DNA of 63,979 nucleotides, counting the filler, from Cercozoa sp. M6MM (lineage: Eukaryota > Protista > Endomyxa: Ascetosporea): the NCBI GenBank assembly GCA_040357565.1. It is 14 parts of 14 records of this genome, joined end to end, with 100 filler letters (N's around TTAATTAATTAA, not from the genome) between each part and the next. Parts side by side here need not be neighbours in the genome. Positions count along the whole stretch, not along the records: positions 1 to 3,201 come from JBDODJ010001564.1; positions 3,302 to 8,478 come from JBDODJ010000955.1; positions 8,579 to 27,503 come from JBDODJ010000222.1; 11 more parts are not named here. One strand, given 5' to 3'. A program made the translations under genes and the position numbers. Positions 1-13,619 of this stretch are shown piece by piece; the stretch's first letter is position 1; each line of letters opens with the position of its first letter. A model generated the notes under the pieces. The model was not told the DNA's origin. It did not search any database and saw nothing but the letters and a program-made list of their open reading frames with translations.

Positions 1-12
1 CCCCCCCCCCAG

Positions 13-247
13 GAGCAATTGGTGCGGCTGAGCGTGTGCTGGAGGAGGGCGTCGAACGCGCGCTGGCGCGACACACCTTCGGCCGGCTTGTTGCTGTGCT
101 TTACCCCTCCCTGTTTTACCCCTCCCCATGTTTACCCCACTGTTTACCACCTGTTTATTCTACTGTTTACCGCCTGTTTATTCTACTGTTTACCACCTGT
201 TTATTCTACTGTTTATCACCTGTTTATTCTACTGTTTACCACCTTTT

Positions 248-285
<38 letters not shown>

Positions 286-981
286 NNNNNNNNNNNNNNN
301 NNNNNNNNNNNNNNNNNNNNNNNNNNNNNNNNNNNNNNNNNNNNNNNNNNNNNNNNNNNNNNNNNNNNNNNNNNNNNNNNNNNNNCCCCAGGAACACGGC
401 GAGGTGCAGTGGCGACTGGCGAATGCTCGCGCCAAGATTCGCCAGATTCGCCTGCTCGTGCTGCATTCGTAGTTTTACCCCCTCCCCCCTGTATACCTCT
501 TGCTTACCCTACCTTGTTTACCCTCTCCAGTGCGCACCTGCTGGACACGAAAGCGTCGCACGCGGAGATCTCCGAGTCGGTGGCGGCCATGAAACTCGCC
601 GTGCCTCGTGTCGTTCAGCAAGGTGCCCACCTACCCTATCTACCTATCTACCTACCCTGCCTACCTACCTACCTACCTACCTACCTACCTACCTACCTAC
701 CTACCTACCCTCTACCTACCTACTTACCCCCATCCAACCTGTACAGTGGCGGACGACGTGCTGCAGGTTTTTGGCGCCGCTGGTGTCTCGCAGGACACGC
801 CTTGTGCACGTGTGCTGGCGTACTCTTCTTTTATATATACCTACTGTGTATTGTAGTATAGATTATATATATGTATTTATACTTCGATAGAGGCATGCGG
901 TCGCTGCGACTGGCCGACGGACCCGACGAAGTGCACGCGCGCTCCGTCGCCTTTGCCGAGCTGCTGCGCGCGCAGCTCTAA
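13..981 (+). CDS. Acyl-CoA dehydrogenase, ACAD10/ACAD11-like, 3' part (5 exons, 5'-truncated)
   Basis: Spliced translation AIGAAERVLEEGVERALARHTFGRLVA|EHGEVQWRLANARAKIRQIRLLVLHS|AHLLDTK...MKLAVPRVVQQ|VADDVLQVFGAAGVSQDTPCARVLA|GMRSLRLADGPDEVHARSVA...TAA(979-981). It carries the GAAGVSQDTP and LRLADGPDEVH motifs of this subfamily. Introns are GT-AG. Confidence 0.9.
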
Positions 982-1773
982 ACTCGAACTACGTAGCTCT
1001 CTAGCAGTGTGAAGTAAACATTTGACGTCAATGTCTGTGGTCAGAATATCAACCAATTAACACAATTCTTGGGTGGGGCGACCGGCACTTCGGAGGCTCC
1101 GGATACCAGCACTATGGACGCGATAAACAGAGACATCTGCCCGTGGGTTTCATACCTTACGCGTCTTTGTCTTTCTAACGTTGACTCTGCCACGCTGCTT
1201 CCGCTCATTGCTTCACCTACCCCAAACAGCGCGCATCGACTCGTTGAAGTAGGTACGCTGAGCCAAAAAGCACAGCTAACAACACCGCACGTTTTAAATA
1301 CATCTCCTCCGTGCTCTAAGTCCAAAAACGCCCTCAGAGCAATCTAGGGCTTCTTTTTACCAAAATTGAGCGGGATCCGCGCGGATACAGGGTACTTGTA
1401 AATCTACTTGGACTTAAACTACCTAGGGTACTGGGGATAAGTACCTGTGCTGTTACCGTCCGCCGTTCTAAGGAGGTTCTGTTCGCAAGGGACGAATGTT
1501 CACCGACGTTGGCGCAGTTCACTTTGCAGTCGCGCGACTAAATTTACACGAGGTCTCACGACGCACAGTTTTCGGCTGACCGTGTTTCTGCAGCGCGAGC
1601 TCTCCTGCGTAAACCTCACATCGTCAACTGTCTCGGTAAATTTAGGCCTCGGGAAGAAAGTGAAGGGGGAGGGGGGGGGGGTTGCACTGGCTCCGTGATC
1701 CGAACCGCCTCCATGGGCTCAGGCTTGCCTCGCGGCCCCGATTGGGTGTACTATCTGTTTTGAATCGCTCGAG

Positions 1774-3200
1774 ATGGTATCTCGTCGCAAGGACTGGTTC
1801 CACCGCCACGCTGAATGGTTAACTTACGACAAACATCAGGTTTGCTTTTTTTCAAACACGCAAACTTGCACACCAATATTCTGGACTGACGCGTAATAAT
1901 TTCAGCCATTCTTCCGCGTGGTGACGTACAACCTACTTGCCGAGGACTACTTTGAGCAGGAGCAGTATCCGGTATACCCACTCGGCGTCAGAGGGGACAT
2001 CACATCTATACGCGTGCTGTGTTGGCAGAGATGCCGCGGCCACATGTCCACGGCAGAGGGCCGGCGACGCGCCTTGGAGGCAGAGCTGGCCCACCTGTCG
2101 CGTGGCCGACTGCTGCCGCGTCAACGACGCCATAAAAGTAGCGACGATGCCGGGTTCCCGCATGCCGACATTCTGTGCTTCCAAGAGGACGACGGCTTTG
2201 GTCACTGGCTGTCGTTCCTCAATCGTCACCCTGCAGATCACGCGCACCAGGACGTGAAAAAGAAGAAGAAGTGGCTTGGCCGTTTCTGCAGGCGCCCGAG
2301 TCCCGGTTTGTCTGTGTTTGTGTTTGTGTTTGTGGTGTGTACGTCGGAGTGGGCCTAGGCAAGCGAGACGGCTGCGGCACCTACTGGCGCGCGCGACGCT
2401 TTCGTTTAGTGGCACATTTTGAGGTGCATTTTGCCTTGAACCCGCTGCTGCATCAGCGTAAACCTAATGGTATCCACTATCAGCATCTTGCCTGTGTCGC
2501 TGTCTTCCCAGCAGTATGACTCTGTGCCGTAGTGGCTTTGATTTTGGTGTTGCAATGCAAACGCACCGGTAACCTCGTCGTTGTCACCAACACACATCTC
2601 TACTTCAACTACAAGGTAGATCGCTACTTCACATTTTTACATATCTATATCTACACGTGTATATAAATATATGTGCACATATCTTTAGAGAGGCTACGTC
2701 AAGCTGAGTCAGCTGCAGATGCTCACGTGTGCCATTGACTGGTCAGTCTCGACATGGGTGTGTGTTGCAGTGCAGTGTTTGACTTGCTTTTTGCTCGTTG
2801 CAGGGTGACAAAGTGGCTGCGAGACCCGTCGTTGCAGACGTGTGTTGGTCCTTTGTCTTCCCTGGGTGTAATACCCTCAGTTTTGACATGTGATGCAGCG
2901 AGAATGACACGGATTTCTCCTTCACGAAAGAGCGCAACATGAACGAAAGACAGCGACTCGAGATTGTCAAAGTACCCTTCACCCCCCTGTCTATGAGTCT
3001 GCTTTGCTGGAACTCACACAAGATAACAATTCGGTTCGAGCAGAGTCGGCAGCCTCCACAGGTACCGCAGACGCCGACGCAGGCAGCCACGCAGGCTGCT
3101 GTGCGAGACGGCACGATGCCTCCCTTCATGCGCTGCTTGTTCGAGGCGTCGGAGGAGGTGCTGCCGCGAGGTGCTACCGACGTGCGTGTTGCACATGTCA
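1774..3200 (+). CDS. EEP-superfamily protein, Angel/CCR4-like (3'-truncated at contig end)
   Basis: Motifs FRVVTYNLLAEDY, ADILCFQE, KRDGCGTYW, VALILVL, VVTNTHLYFNYK|RGYVKLSQL (Angel-type HxxFNxxRGxxKLxQ). Start codon uncertain. Confidence 0.8.
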
Positions 3201-3301
3201 CNNNNNNNNNNNNNNNNNNNNNNNNNNNNNNNNNNNNNNNNNNNNTTAATTAATTAANNNNNNNNNNNNNNNNNNNNNNNNNNNNNNNNNNNNNNNNNNN
3301 N

Positions 3302-3318
3302 ACACACACACACACACA

Positions 3319-3397
<79 letters not shown>

Positions 3398-3408
3398 ACA
3401 CACACACA

Positions 3409-3495
<87 letters not shown>

Positions 3496-3514
3496 ACACA
3501 CACACACACACACA
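3302..3514. repeat. (CA)n microsatellite at contig end (representative; similar tracts at 8433, 8579, 9981, 12828, 18219, 25967, 27604, 36651, 46425, 48482, 54423, 59907)
   Basis: Directly visible dinucleotide arrays, mostly intronic and often coinciding with assembly breaks. Confidence 0.95.
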
Positions 3515-6500
3515 TCGTGTCACTGTAAACGGCTTCGTGAAATGCCTTGAAAGCAAAGACAGCAGTAAATTTACGATCGTCGTCCGGCAGTGCCAGCACG
3601 AGTACCAATGCCAGTTGCACTTGTTTGCAGCAACTGGCGAATGTCTCGTAGACTTGGGAGTGACACTAGTGTTTCCGACAAACTCGTTTCGTTCTCTTTT
3701 GTGAGTGCATTCCAGTCATAAATCAACTCCTGCAAGTACTGTATTTGCGATGCAAGAGGTGCCTACCCACCAAGTCGTCGGGTAAATCTACGGGCGGTGT
3801 CGAAGGGACCAGTTGTTGATGTTCTCTCAGTCGTGTGCCTGCTTCTTGGACCTACTAGGACACGTGAGCTTTTAAAACCGACTTGAGTATGCCCCACCTG
3901 CTGAAGTGTCAACTGGCACTCTCGAGTCAGTTGAGAGTTTTCTTGACGCAACATCGCGCGTCTTGCTTTCACCATGCCTAGCTTTGACTGCAATTAAACA
4001 CTCTGCCGCACTTCCTGGAAATACACAACTGAAAAATCACACCTCAAACGTGTCCAATTTGGCCTCGAACGCAGCGAACTCGTGCATGTGCTTTGCCTTG
4101 TTAATGATGTCGACACCCGTTGTTTGCGTCATCTTGACTGAGATCAGGACTGAGAACACCCCATGCCATGAGGTACAGAATCTTCGGTCGAAAGGAGAAC
4201 CCACCGGGAGGAATTTCGGGCACCAGAGCGCGCGCGATTTTCGTGCCAAACATCGTTTGTGCTCTGTTGAAATGAGGCTGTACAGGTGATGTAACTCAAA
4301 GAGACGCGTACGACAAACTGGTACGACAAACTGGGTATGTTGGTTTACCTCTCGGAAAGTTCGGCTTGTTTCTTCTGTAGAACCTCAGCAGCCTGACGAA
4401 GCTTCTCTTGGTCTCGTTTTTCTTGCTCTTCCTGCAAGAGTCGTCTTTTACTTTCCTGAGGAGGAAAAATTACACCCCTTGGGCCGCTTTGTAAGGCAAT
4501 TTAATGATTGATGCCTGAGGGTACAGGTTACCTCTTTTCGACGGAGGACCTCACGTTCTGCGGTTTCCGTGCCAGTACATGTATTTTCCCGTCCTGTTTG
4601 TTGTTGTCGCTTTGTTGCGTTCGCCTGTAGACGTCTCTCCTCTTTGAGTCGCTGTTGCAGTTGAAAGGCAAGCAAAAGCATACTAGTAGGTCGAACAACT
4701 AATCAGTTGTGAAGACAGCATGGTAAATTTACCTTTTCCTCCTGAATGCCTCGCTCGATGGCCTGCATGAACTTTGCTGCAGGGTCCGTCGGATCTGAGT
4801 CGAATCCTTGCTCTTTGCTCAAACAGGCAAAAAGACTCGTGAAATTTTCATCTTCAGTGCTCAGATATGGTTGAGGCGAAGGAATCGAGGTGCTTTTCTG
4901 CCAAAATACGCGGAAAACCAAGTGATGTCCGTCAAAGTTTCCCTCCGAAACCAAATTTATAATAAGTGCTCGGTACTGCGTACGTGACACCATTCGACAC
5001 TCGAGCAGTGAAGTCTTTTGTAGCGCGGATCTGCCCGAAATCAGGGCTAGGAGATGGATGACGACCTAAGGTTCACATATGATATCCCGTCTTCGGCACG
5101 TAAGACATTCAAATATTCTAGTACCAAACAGTGCGTCTAAAGACACGGACAAAGACTGCATCACTGCCGTTCCAGGACTCAGCATTGACGCTGGTACCGG
5201 GTTCGGTGCAGGAGTGGTGCCTCCACGACAAACAGTTTCGCATTTACCAATAGCACCGACACTACAGGTGTTCTGCAGGCCACCAGTGTTTTCAGTTTCG
5301 CTGACAGGCGAACTGAACTGGTGCTTGGAAGTTCGGCAGCCTAAAACGACATTGTCTTCGTACTGCGGATCAAGGATTGTATTTTAACGTGTTTCGGTGA
5401 TGAATAAATCATACCACTGCCGCCGCTCGGACAGACATCCAGCATACCAATGCTACGAAAAGCCACATCTTCGTGTCTCAGCCGCAGCTTTCCACCACAG
5501 TGACGCTCAGAGTCGACACAACTCTGCAACGCAGGCACGACACTTTTAAAGTGGTGCGCTATACTTCGGATGTTGCAGTCCGTGGCGTGACTGAACTGAG
5601 CCGACCGACTTGGACGGAATTATAGTGGTACACCTGTACAGTACGCACGCTCGCGCAGCACAGACAGGCAGTTTAACAGCTTTAACGACGTACAGTACAA
5701 TTGTAGTGCAGCAAACATGCCATGAAGACAATTTGTCCCGAGAGCTGGGAAGTAGGTCAGTTTCAATTACACGAACATAACTTGACTCTGAGGCGCGATT
5801 TGATGCCGAGAAAGGCTCGCCGATTGCACTAATGGCACTTCGTCATCCTGTTGAAATAAATTTAGTCGTGAAAATTCATGTAAACTTAGCGGATCCAGTA
5901 GTAACTTAGTACTGGTACAGTAAGGCAACAACCGACCGAGTCTTGATTGTCTACGGAGCGAGTGATCTCCCGGGCAGTAAAACATACCTCCAAATCCACG
6001 TCTTGGTTCTCGGCATGAGCTTTTTTGAGCACCTGGGCAAACCGATACCTTGCACCAAACGCAAACGTTGAAAACAGTACCTCCGCAAATCCAATTTCGC
6101 GAATGTATCGTTCGCGGAACTTTGCGAACCAGGTTCTCTCTTCGAGCAGACAGAGTTTGTCTGCTCGCAATGTAAACGTATGTATACTAAGTTTAGTGCT
6201 GTACAGGTTACATTTGCCTGGTCGCACTGGAAGGGCGAACTGTCCAAAGTAACGCCCAAGCTGGAGTGATACCAAGCCGCTTTTCTCGCATGCTTCGGCG
6301 TCGAGGAAACTGAAAACGACATAAACATAACCGATCAAAGAAAAACAGTAAACTTATAGTTGTTTTACCATGACGGATGGATTTGATTCGCCTTGTTCTC
6401 GCAGCTGCCTCTGCAAGCCAGGTCTTAATTTTTGAAGGTGTGTCTTAAGCTTGTGTCTTAAGCTTGTGTACTCACTGTATGGGTATTAACAAAGAGAGTG

Positions 6501-7160
6501 GAGGTAAATGGCTACGTTTCAGAGACAAAAAAGACACCGCCGCGCACCGTTCTCACTGCACATTGTTTGAAAGAAGTAGCAAATCTACTCTGTTTTAAAC
6601 ACCACGAGATATCGGTGTGTTGTTCTATCGTACGAAACTGCAAGAAAGAGCATCGCATATCGTTAGTGCCTTCAACCACACGCTTGACCCCTGAAAGAAG
6701 CGATGAACACGAAGTAGCTCCAGCTCCGTTGCATCGATACCATGAAAAAGCGAGCTAAAACAAGACGAGAGGCAACATATTTACCGGGAGTCGACAACGG
6801 TATCTTTACAATCCCGTTGTCCTCAAAATACAGCGGAAGGTTCATGTTCGATCGCTCTCTTTGCAAAGTGGCAAACGTTGGCACCAGTGACCCAACGCAA
6901 CAAGTAAACGAAACCTACTGAGTCGAGTGGCACTCAGAGAGCAAGGCCAGCCCACTCAGCAAGAGCAGCGTCAGAGCCGTCATGCAACGACGCGCGCGTG
7001 TTTCGAGCGACATTATACAACAACTTCCGATGCATTAACATCTTCGCTTGTCAACCGTGCTGCATGCCTTAGACGTGAACAAGCTGGACGGAGGGGTCGA
7101 ATTGTTCAAACGCTCCGACACGTCGCGTCCACGCCACGACGGATTCGTCTCCTGATCTTT
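3514..7160 (-). CDS. Hypothetical multi-exon protein(s) with C-terminal coiled coil (one or two genes)
   Basis: Series of GT-AG-bounded open exons on the minus strand, e.g. ADKLCLLEERTWFAKFRERYIREIGFAE, AAKFMQAIERGIQEEK, ARRAMLRQENSQLTRECQLTLQQ. No family recognised. Confidence 0.45.
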
Positions 7161-7335
7161 CGTTTGCTGTTTGATTAAACCTGTTGGTTCCCTACGGTAC
7201 AGTCGAGTGCCCAAGTTTTGCCCACTTCGCTACGCTTCACGTACATACTGATACCCTGCACTGTACGATACAATCGAATGCTATCGTGCGTGTAAATTAC
7301 GTTACGGTAATCGAATAGCGACGCGAATTCCGAGC

Positions 7336-8416
7336 TTAAACAGTAATGATGCATGCAACCGAGTTGGCAGCGTACAACTCGACAGTGGCGTTGAGTTGAG
7401 GATCAACGAATTTGAAATCAACGCAAATTGAACACAGTAACTGAATCGAAGCTTCACGACTTAAATTTAGCAGTCAAAATCCGACCACAAATGAAAGAAC
7501 GTGCATGCTTACCACCTGCATGACACGGACAATACTGTAAAAGTGTACTCAGACATTAATGAGCATTGTTACCTGCTCAAGCTGATGTGAAATCTTGTAA
7601 GTTGCGTCAAACGCGCGGACCAACTCAAGAGTTTCTTGTAGGTAAAGCTCGCGACTCAGGCGATGCAGTTTACGGCGAACCAAGGTCACCATAGTGCAGA
7701 GCTGAACATGCACACAAACTCAGCGCAACACGTGAACGTTTCAGCGAGGAGAGTACATCAACATCAGCAGGCAAATGTGTGTCGTTTTCAGCGAAAACAA
7801 AACTTGGACACCGCGACGCAGCATACACAATTGCGTTGCATAGCGTGTACTCGGCCATGCTTGTCTTGCCTTCAAAATACCCAGCACAAGCATCTGGGAC
7901 GAACGTCATTTCTTCACAGCGACGATGCAACAGATAGTGGCAAACAAGCGGCCACACGTCACTACGCAACAAGTCCACGAACGCGAGCGCGATCGACTTG
8001 CTCACCAGTCCAATGCACTGCTCCTTCTGTTCAAACTAACGTTGAGTTTTCTGAGTATGGTAAAGCGGTAAACTAGAAAGTACCTGGCCATCATCGATAG
8101 GAGCATCAAGATCGATTTCGCCATGCAACAATAGCGTCAACAACTCCTTCAACCGAGTGCCCACCATCAGATGACAGTGCTCCCGATCAAACTCATCAAG
8201 AGATAGTGTGTTCAACTGCCATCGCCACATTTGCGTGTAGGCTCGTTCTGCTTCGAATCTATGCCTCACATGGGGTATGGCAACATATTTGGAGCAAACG
8301 ACAGACGTAGTACCTCAAGGCATAGTAAACAGCGGTGCGAGTGTTGTCGGGTTGAAACAGTTCGTTCAGTTCGTGATTGCCTCCTGGATCGTTGCTGCCT
8401 TCTCGTACTTTCCTCT
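7336..8416 (-). CDS. Hypothetical helical protein, 3' part
   Basis: Spliced exons HRFEAERAYTQMWRWQL...DDGQ|FEQKEQCIGLVSKSIALAFVDLL...|LCTMVTLVRRKLHRLSRELYLQETLELVRAFD..., with a TAA near 7336. Confidence 0.5.
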
Positions 8417-8430
8417 GCATTTGCGTTTGG

Positions 8431-8478
<48 letters not shown>

Positions 8479-8578
8479 NNNNNNNNNNNNNNNNNNNNNN
8501 NNNNNNNNNNNNNNNNNNNNNNTTAATTAATTAANNNNNNNNNNNNNNNNNNNNNNNNNNNNNNNNNNNNNNNNNNNN

Positions 8579-8624
<46 letters not shown>

Positions 8625-8639
8625 GGTATATGTCGATAT

Positions 8640-8982
8640 AAGCAGGCACGCTGGGAAGCGATGCGGAGCTGCCGCCGTCTTGTCGTCAGTGCGTCTACCT
8701 CGCTGTACCACCTGCTGTATACCTGTGCCATTGTGTGATACTTGTTGTTGCGACAGGCCGCACACGACACGTGCCGCGTGCTGCGTGCCGATCCGACCTG
8801 CAGCATGCGAGTGCGCAAGAAGAAACTCTCGCCGCGAGACTTACTCTCTGTGCCCTGGAGTCAAGGTACCGCCCCTACATTTNNNNNNNNNNNNNNNNNN
8901 NNNNNNNNNNNNNNNNNNNNNNNNNNNNNNNNNNNNNNNNNNNNNNNNNNNNNNNNNNNNNNNNNNNNNNNNNNNNNNNNNN

Positions 8983-9015
<33 letters not shown>

Positions 9016-9976
9016 CACACACACCGGCCTTGTCGTCTTGCAGGTCGCCAGATAAGAGTGCTTTTGCTGGAGGCCTACATGGAGATGGAGGCAGACATAT
9101 ACACGTCTAGAGAAAGGACGGGGGAGAGGGGGGTACAAGCCTCCTGGTACCAGACCTGCGGTCGGAAGCCGTGCTGATTAAAGAGTTCGCTCTCGATTGC
9201 CGTGGCTCGTTCCTGCAGTTTAAATGTGGCGCATAAGGTGGTACATTAAGGGAGACACAAGGAGACATAAGGGGACATATTAAGGAGACTTTAAGGGCAT
9301 GAAAGGACACTAAGGGAGCATGAGGGGACACTAAGGTACCTGCAAGAAGGCGCTTTGTTTCTCGTTGACAGGATTGGCATCGGTGCCACCTGCCTTGTGC
9401 CACGCTCTCCTGCGAGAGGGTTCATTAAGTGTGCGGATGGGCAGTATCAAAAGGTACATAGTGTGCTAGAGGTCGGTTGTACCAGTCGCGCTGCAGCTTG
9501 GTCGGCATCAGAAGGAACCAGAGTCGGCGACGCACCTTCTCGCGGTGCGACTGTGTCACACACATCAGGGCAGATGTACAGGGCAGACATCAAGTGTGTG
9601 TGTGCGTGCGTGCGCGTGTGTGTGCGTGCATGTGCGCGCGCGTGTGTGTGTGTGTGTGTGTGTGTGCAGGCAGTCTACCTCAACACGTGCCGGTACTTTT
9701 GCGTCCTACAGTGGTACACACAGACAGGTACAACGAGAGAGGGAAGGAGCGGTATAAGAGTGTTACAAGTACCTCCTCGGCCTGCGCACGGAGTGCCATT
9801 TCGCGTTCCTCATCGGCTTGCTGTCTGTGCACGTGTCCGCGCGGAGTGAACTCTGAAAACTCTGACTGACTACGAGGGTAAGGTACCTCGCAAGTTCGCG
9901 TTCTTTCTGCTCGGCTGCTCGCCGCAATGCCAGCACGTGCCGCTTGGCCGGTGCACCTTTGCCTGTGAGGGGATAT

Positions 9977-10027
<51 letters not shown>

Positions 10028-10037
10028 NNNNNNNNNN

Positions 10038-10085
<48 letters not shown>

Positions 10086-10466
10086 GACGTACAGACTCAA
10101 CATGAACATGTACCATCCAGGAAGATGCGTCCGTCCTTCGGATTCGAACTGCCGCAGCAGCGGAAGCACTGGTACACTGCTTTGTCCAGGTTGGTCTGTG
10201 CGACGTCAACGCACGTGCCGTGGTACCTACACACACGTATGCATATGGCATCCTGTCAAGGCAGAGAAGATGGACAGCGATACCACTCGGTGCAGTAGTC
10301 ACAGCACAGCATAAAACCTTCGTTGCCGCGTTGACACACGCAATACAGCTGCAGAGCAATCAGGAATGCCCCAAATACACATCTGTCTGTACATGTATAT
10401 GCATACCTCCTCATCGGTAAAGCCGCGCTGCATCAGCATCTCGGCCGCCGCGCGTCGTTCGCGCAT
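8640..10466 (-). CDS. PHD-finger protein, possibly with a TFIIS central-like domain (Bye1/DIDO-like layout)
   Basis: LYCVCQRGNEGFMLCCDYCTEW|YHGTCVDVAQTNLDKAVYQCFRC is a C4HC3 PHD finger. Downstream ERATAIESELFNQHG resembles TFIIS_M (weaker support). Confidence 0.7.
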
Positions 10467-10897
10467 GACGGCACCTCACTGCACACAGTGTAAGGCTACA
10501 CAACTGTCAGATACATCGTGAAGCGGACGCTAATCGATGAACAGTAGATATTTTATACGGAAAATGGCCAAGCACAACGTCAAGTGAATTCGATTTGCTC
10601 ACCAATTGCGCTCTTGCGTCGACCAATTAGTAGTAATAGCAATTGCCACACGAGTTGGCTATGCGCTGGGTCGACTGGAGGCTTTGAACGCACACCTGTC
10701 TGCCCCCTTAACGTATATAAAAAAAAAACACACACACACATCGCATGGCGGCTAGGTCTTTCCGTTAAGCCCAATCAGTGTATGGGTGTGCAGAGTTAGC
10801 GGTGCACTACTGATCTGCGCGATTGCACCCGAGAGTCTCGGGTGCAGCTCAATTTGGCGCTGAACTGCTGATCGCAGCAGAGAGGCCAAGAACGAAG

Positions 10898-12827
10898 ATG
10901 TCTGTGTGTCCGTACTGCGAGGCTGCGTTGGACGCCCTCTCTGAGTCATCGCGCAAGGAGCACATGATGGTTCGTTGCACTTTCCGAAGGTTGCCTGTGT
11001 ACGGTAGTAGTCTCGTGTCCCTAGGACTGCATGGATTCGCTGGCATGTGTCGAAGGCAAGGCGGCTCGAGAGAAGGTGGTGAAGCTTTCGCGTGCTCGAG
11101 TGGAACAATCGATTCTGCTGCGAGAGTCGCTGGACAAGTGAGCAACTTCTTCGTTCTCTCTCTCTCCCTCCCTCCCTCCCTCCCTCCCTCCGCTCTCTTG
11201 ATACATGTGTCGACTACAGGCCCTGGCGAGAGACCTACGAGTGCATCTTCTGTCGAAAGCGCCTGTCGAAGTTTCCGTTGGATAGACGTGCAGAAGTACT
11301 TGTGTCCTTTTTGGTCTCGTGTTTAATGTGTTGTGTTTGAGCCTACCTTGTTTTGGGTGCAGCACCTCCTGCTATGCGGCCTAAAGAAAGGCAAACGCAC
11401 GATAGGCGACTTGCTCGTGTGTTGGCACTGTACTCCTCGGCCAGCAACGACTGCAGTTTGTGTATGACTGACGTGACTGAATGCGCAGACTGCGACGTGC
11501 GGTCGCGAGGTGATTGTTCTCAGCGACGACAGCGACGTTGAGGACGGAGCACAGGCAGCACCGGCGGCACAGGACCCTGTCACCGACGACAAGGCCGCGA
11601 GCGACGAGTTTCGCGAGTTGCTTCGACGTCAGTGGTCTGTGTGGGAGGTACCCACTTCCTTGACTCGATTGTTTTGTTTCTGGCAGTGAGGCCAGATGTA
11701 TTCGCGCTTATACAGTCTCAGAGACTGGCGCAGTCGTCGCACGACATCTGGGAGAGTCGGCGCAAGCGGCGCAGATTGGCGGTGTGTGCTGCAGTTTGTG
11801 TTCCCTCGCTTCGACACCTCTGTGTTACTCCTTATCTGTCTTGTTCCAGGCCGTGACTGACCAGAGCGATTTCGGTGATTTGGCCACCGGTAGCAACGCT
11901 CTTTCTTGCATGTCATAGTGTCGATCTTGTCGGTATCATTACTTTGTGCAGAGCTACGCTATCTATGCCGAAAGAAGGAGCAGGAGATAGCCAAACATCA
12001 GGTACTTTTCTGTCTTGATGTTCAGACACGTGTATTCTTTCTTCCTGATGTTTGTGAGCAGCAAGAGTTGCAGATTTTGAGAATGCAACTACGTCGTGCC
12101 ATGAACGAAGGTAGCTGTCGCCGTGTGTTCTTCTCTGTTTACATGTGTTCATGTGTAAACTATGAAATAGCTTCGTTGTCGTCGTCGCCTTCGATGGTGT
12201 CTCCCATACTGCCGCGAAGGCAACCAAGTATACACCTAGCATTCTTCTGCGTGCGCACGCGTGTATGCGCGCCTAGGGTCTATTCCAAAATGTGTTTCAT
12301 GCCCACAGGGGTGGTCGGCAACGGCAAGCTGAAAATACAAAGGCTGCAACTTGAGACGAAATGCGAAATCAGTCCGGAGTTGCGACCAGTTGTGAAGCGC
12401 GACGTTGCTCTCGACTTCTCGTTTGACTCGAACTTTGACGTGAGTTTTGTGCACGAACAGCACGGCGGCAACGAAACGAAAGCACCGGCACACGCCGGCA
12501 GTGACACAGTCGAGAAAAAAAATCCAGCGACTGTAGCCGATAAAACGGAGACTACTGCGGCCAATGATGCGAGTGCAGTGAAAGCGAGCAGCACAGTGTC
12601 AAACGCAGCCATTGAAACTACAGTTGCCGAAGCGCTCGCTGTTGAGGTGAAGACCACCTGTGCCGATACCGATGAGAATCGACCGATGAATCCCGAGGCA
12701 AGCTCGAGACTTCCGAGTTCCCTCGTGCACAAGCTCGTGTCATCCAACGGATCCAACAGTCGTGCGGCAGTGAGCACCACACCTTCGAGATGGGGTGCCT
12801 TCTTTTTCTTAATCCAGCGCAACATTA

Positions 12828-12875
<48 letters not shown>

Positions 12876-12975
12876 NNNNNNNNNNNNNNNNNNNNNNNNN
12901 NNNNNNNNNNNNNNNNNNNNNNNNNNNNNNNNNNNNNNNNNNNNNNNNNNNNNNNNNNNNNNNNNNNNNNNNNNN

Positions 12976-13024
<49 letters not shown>

Positions 13025-13234
13025 GTGCTTGCACGGTTGGACACGCGGGCGCAACGGCATTTGCGCCGTCGCCATGCCGCTGACATGGCTGCAGTCGCTC
13101 CGACGAGTACAGCAGAAGCCTTTTCACATGCACAAGCAGAAGCAGAGTCAGCACAAATGACCAAGATGACCGTAGTCGCAACTCAGGCTGTCTCAACCTC
13201 GCCTTTTGGTCGCAATAACATTGCACTCTCATGA
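10898..13234 (+). CDS. Protein with N-terminal tandem C2HC (UBZ-like) zinc fingers and a low-complexity tail
   Basis: MSVCPYCEAALDALSESSRKEHMM|DC and YECIFCRKRLSKFPLDRRAE|HLLLC (CxxC...HxxxC), followed by coiled-coil and Ala/Ser/Thr-rich exons. Confidence 0.55.
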
Positions 13235-13619
13235 CTAGTATCGTGCGCGTGACACGATCGTGTTGCCGCATGCGCGTGTTTGAGCTGTATCCGACCAGTA
13301 TACTACCCGGCGCTGACATACCGACCAGCTGCGTTGACGCCGTCAGCGTGNNNNNNNNNNNNNNNNNNNNNNNNNNNNNNNNNNNNNNNNNNNNNNNNNN
13401 NNNNNNNNNNNNNNNNNNNNNNNNNNNNNNNNNNNNNNNNNNNNNNNNNNCTGCCTGTGGGTTGTCCGCGGTCCCGGCCCCCCCCCCCCCCCCCCCCCCT
13501 GTCGGGAGGTAAATAACGACTGTCACAAGCAGAAGCGAGTATGGAGATCCGTTCCATCACGATCGCATGCGCATGCCGATGTTCGACTAGGCTACAGCAT
13601 GTATCGTATGTAAATCGCA

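Noticed and set aside
250-285. Long poly-G/poly-C runs next to gaps (also 56469-56622) as G-quadruplex elements
   Set aside because: Their length is unreliable at scaffold gaps and may be a sequencing artefact.
1041-1347. Overlapping ~93-aa ORFs on both strands (also the ORFs at 55965-56346)
   Set aside because: No recognisable motifs, splice structure or repeat evidence; left unannotated.
6930-6965. Possible stop-codon reassignment or selenocysteine (in-frame TGA here and at ~19454, ~31646)
   Set aside because: Each is removed by an alternative GT-AG intron. The conserved PPase, MYST and ACAD genes translate without internal stops and end in normal stops.
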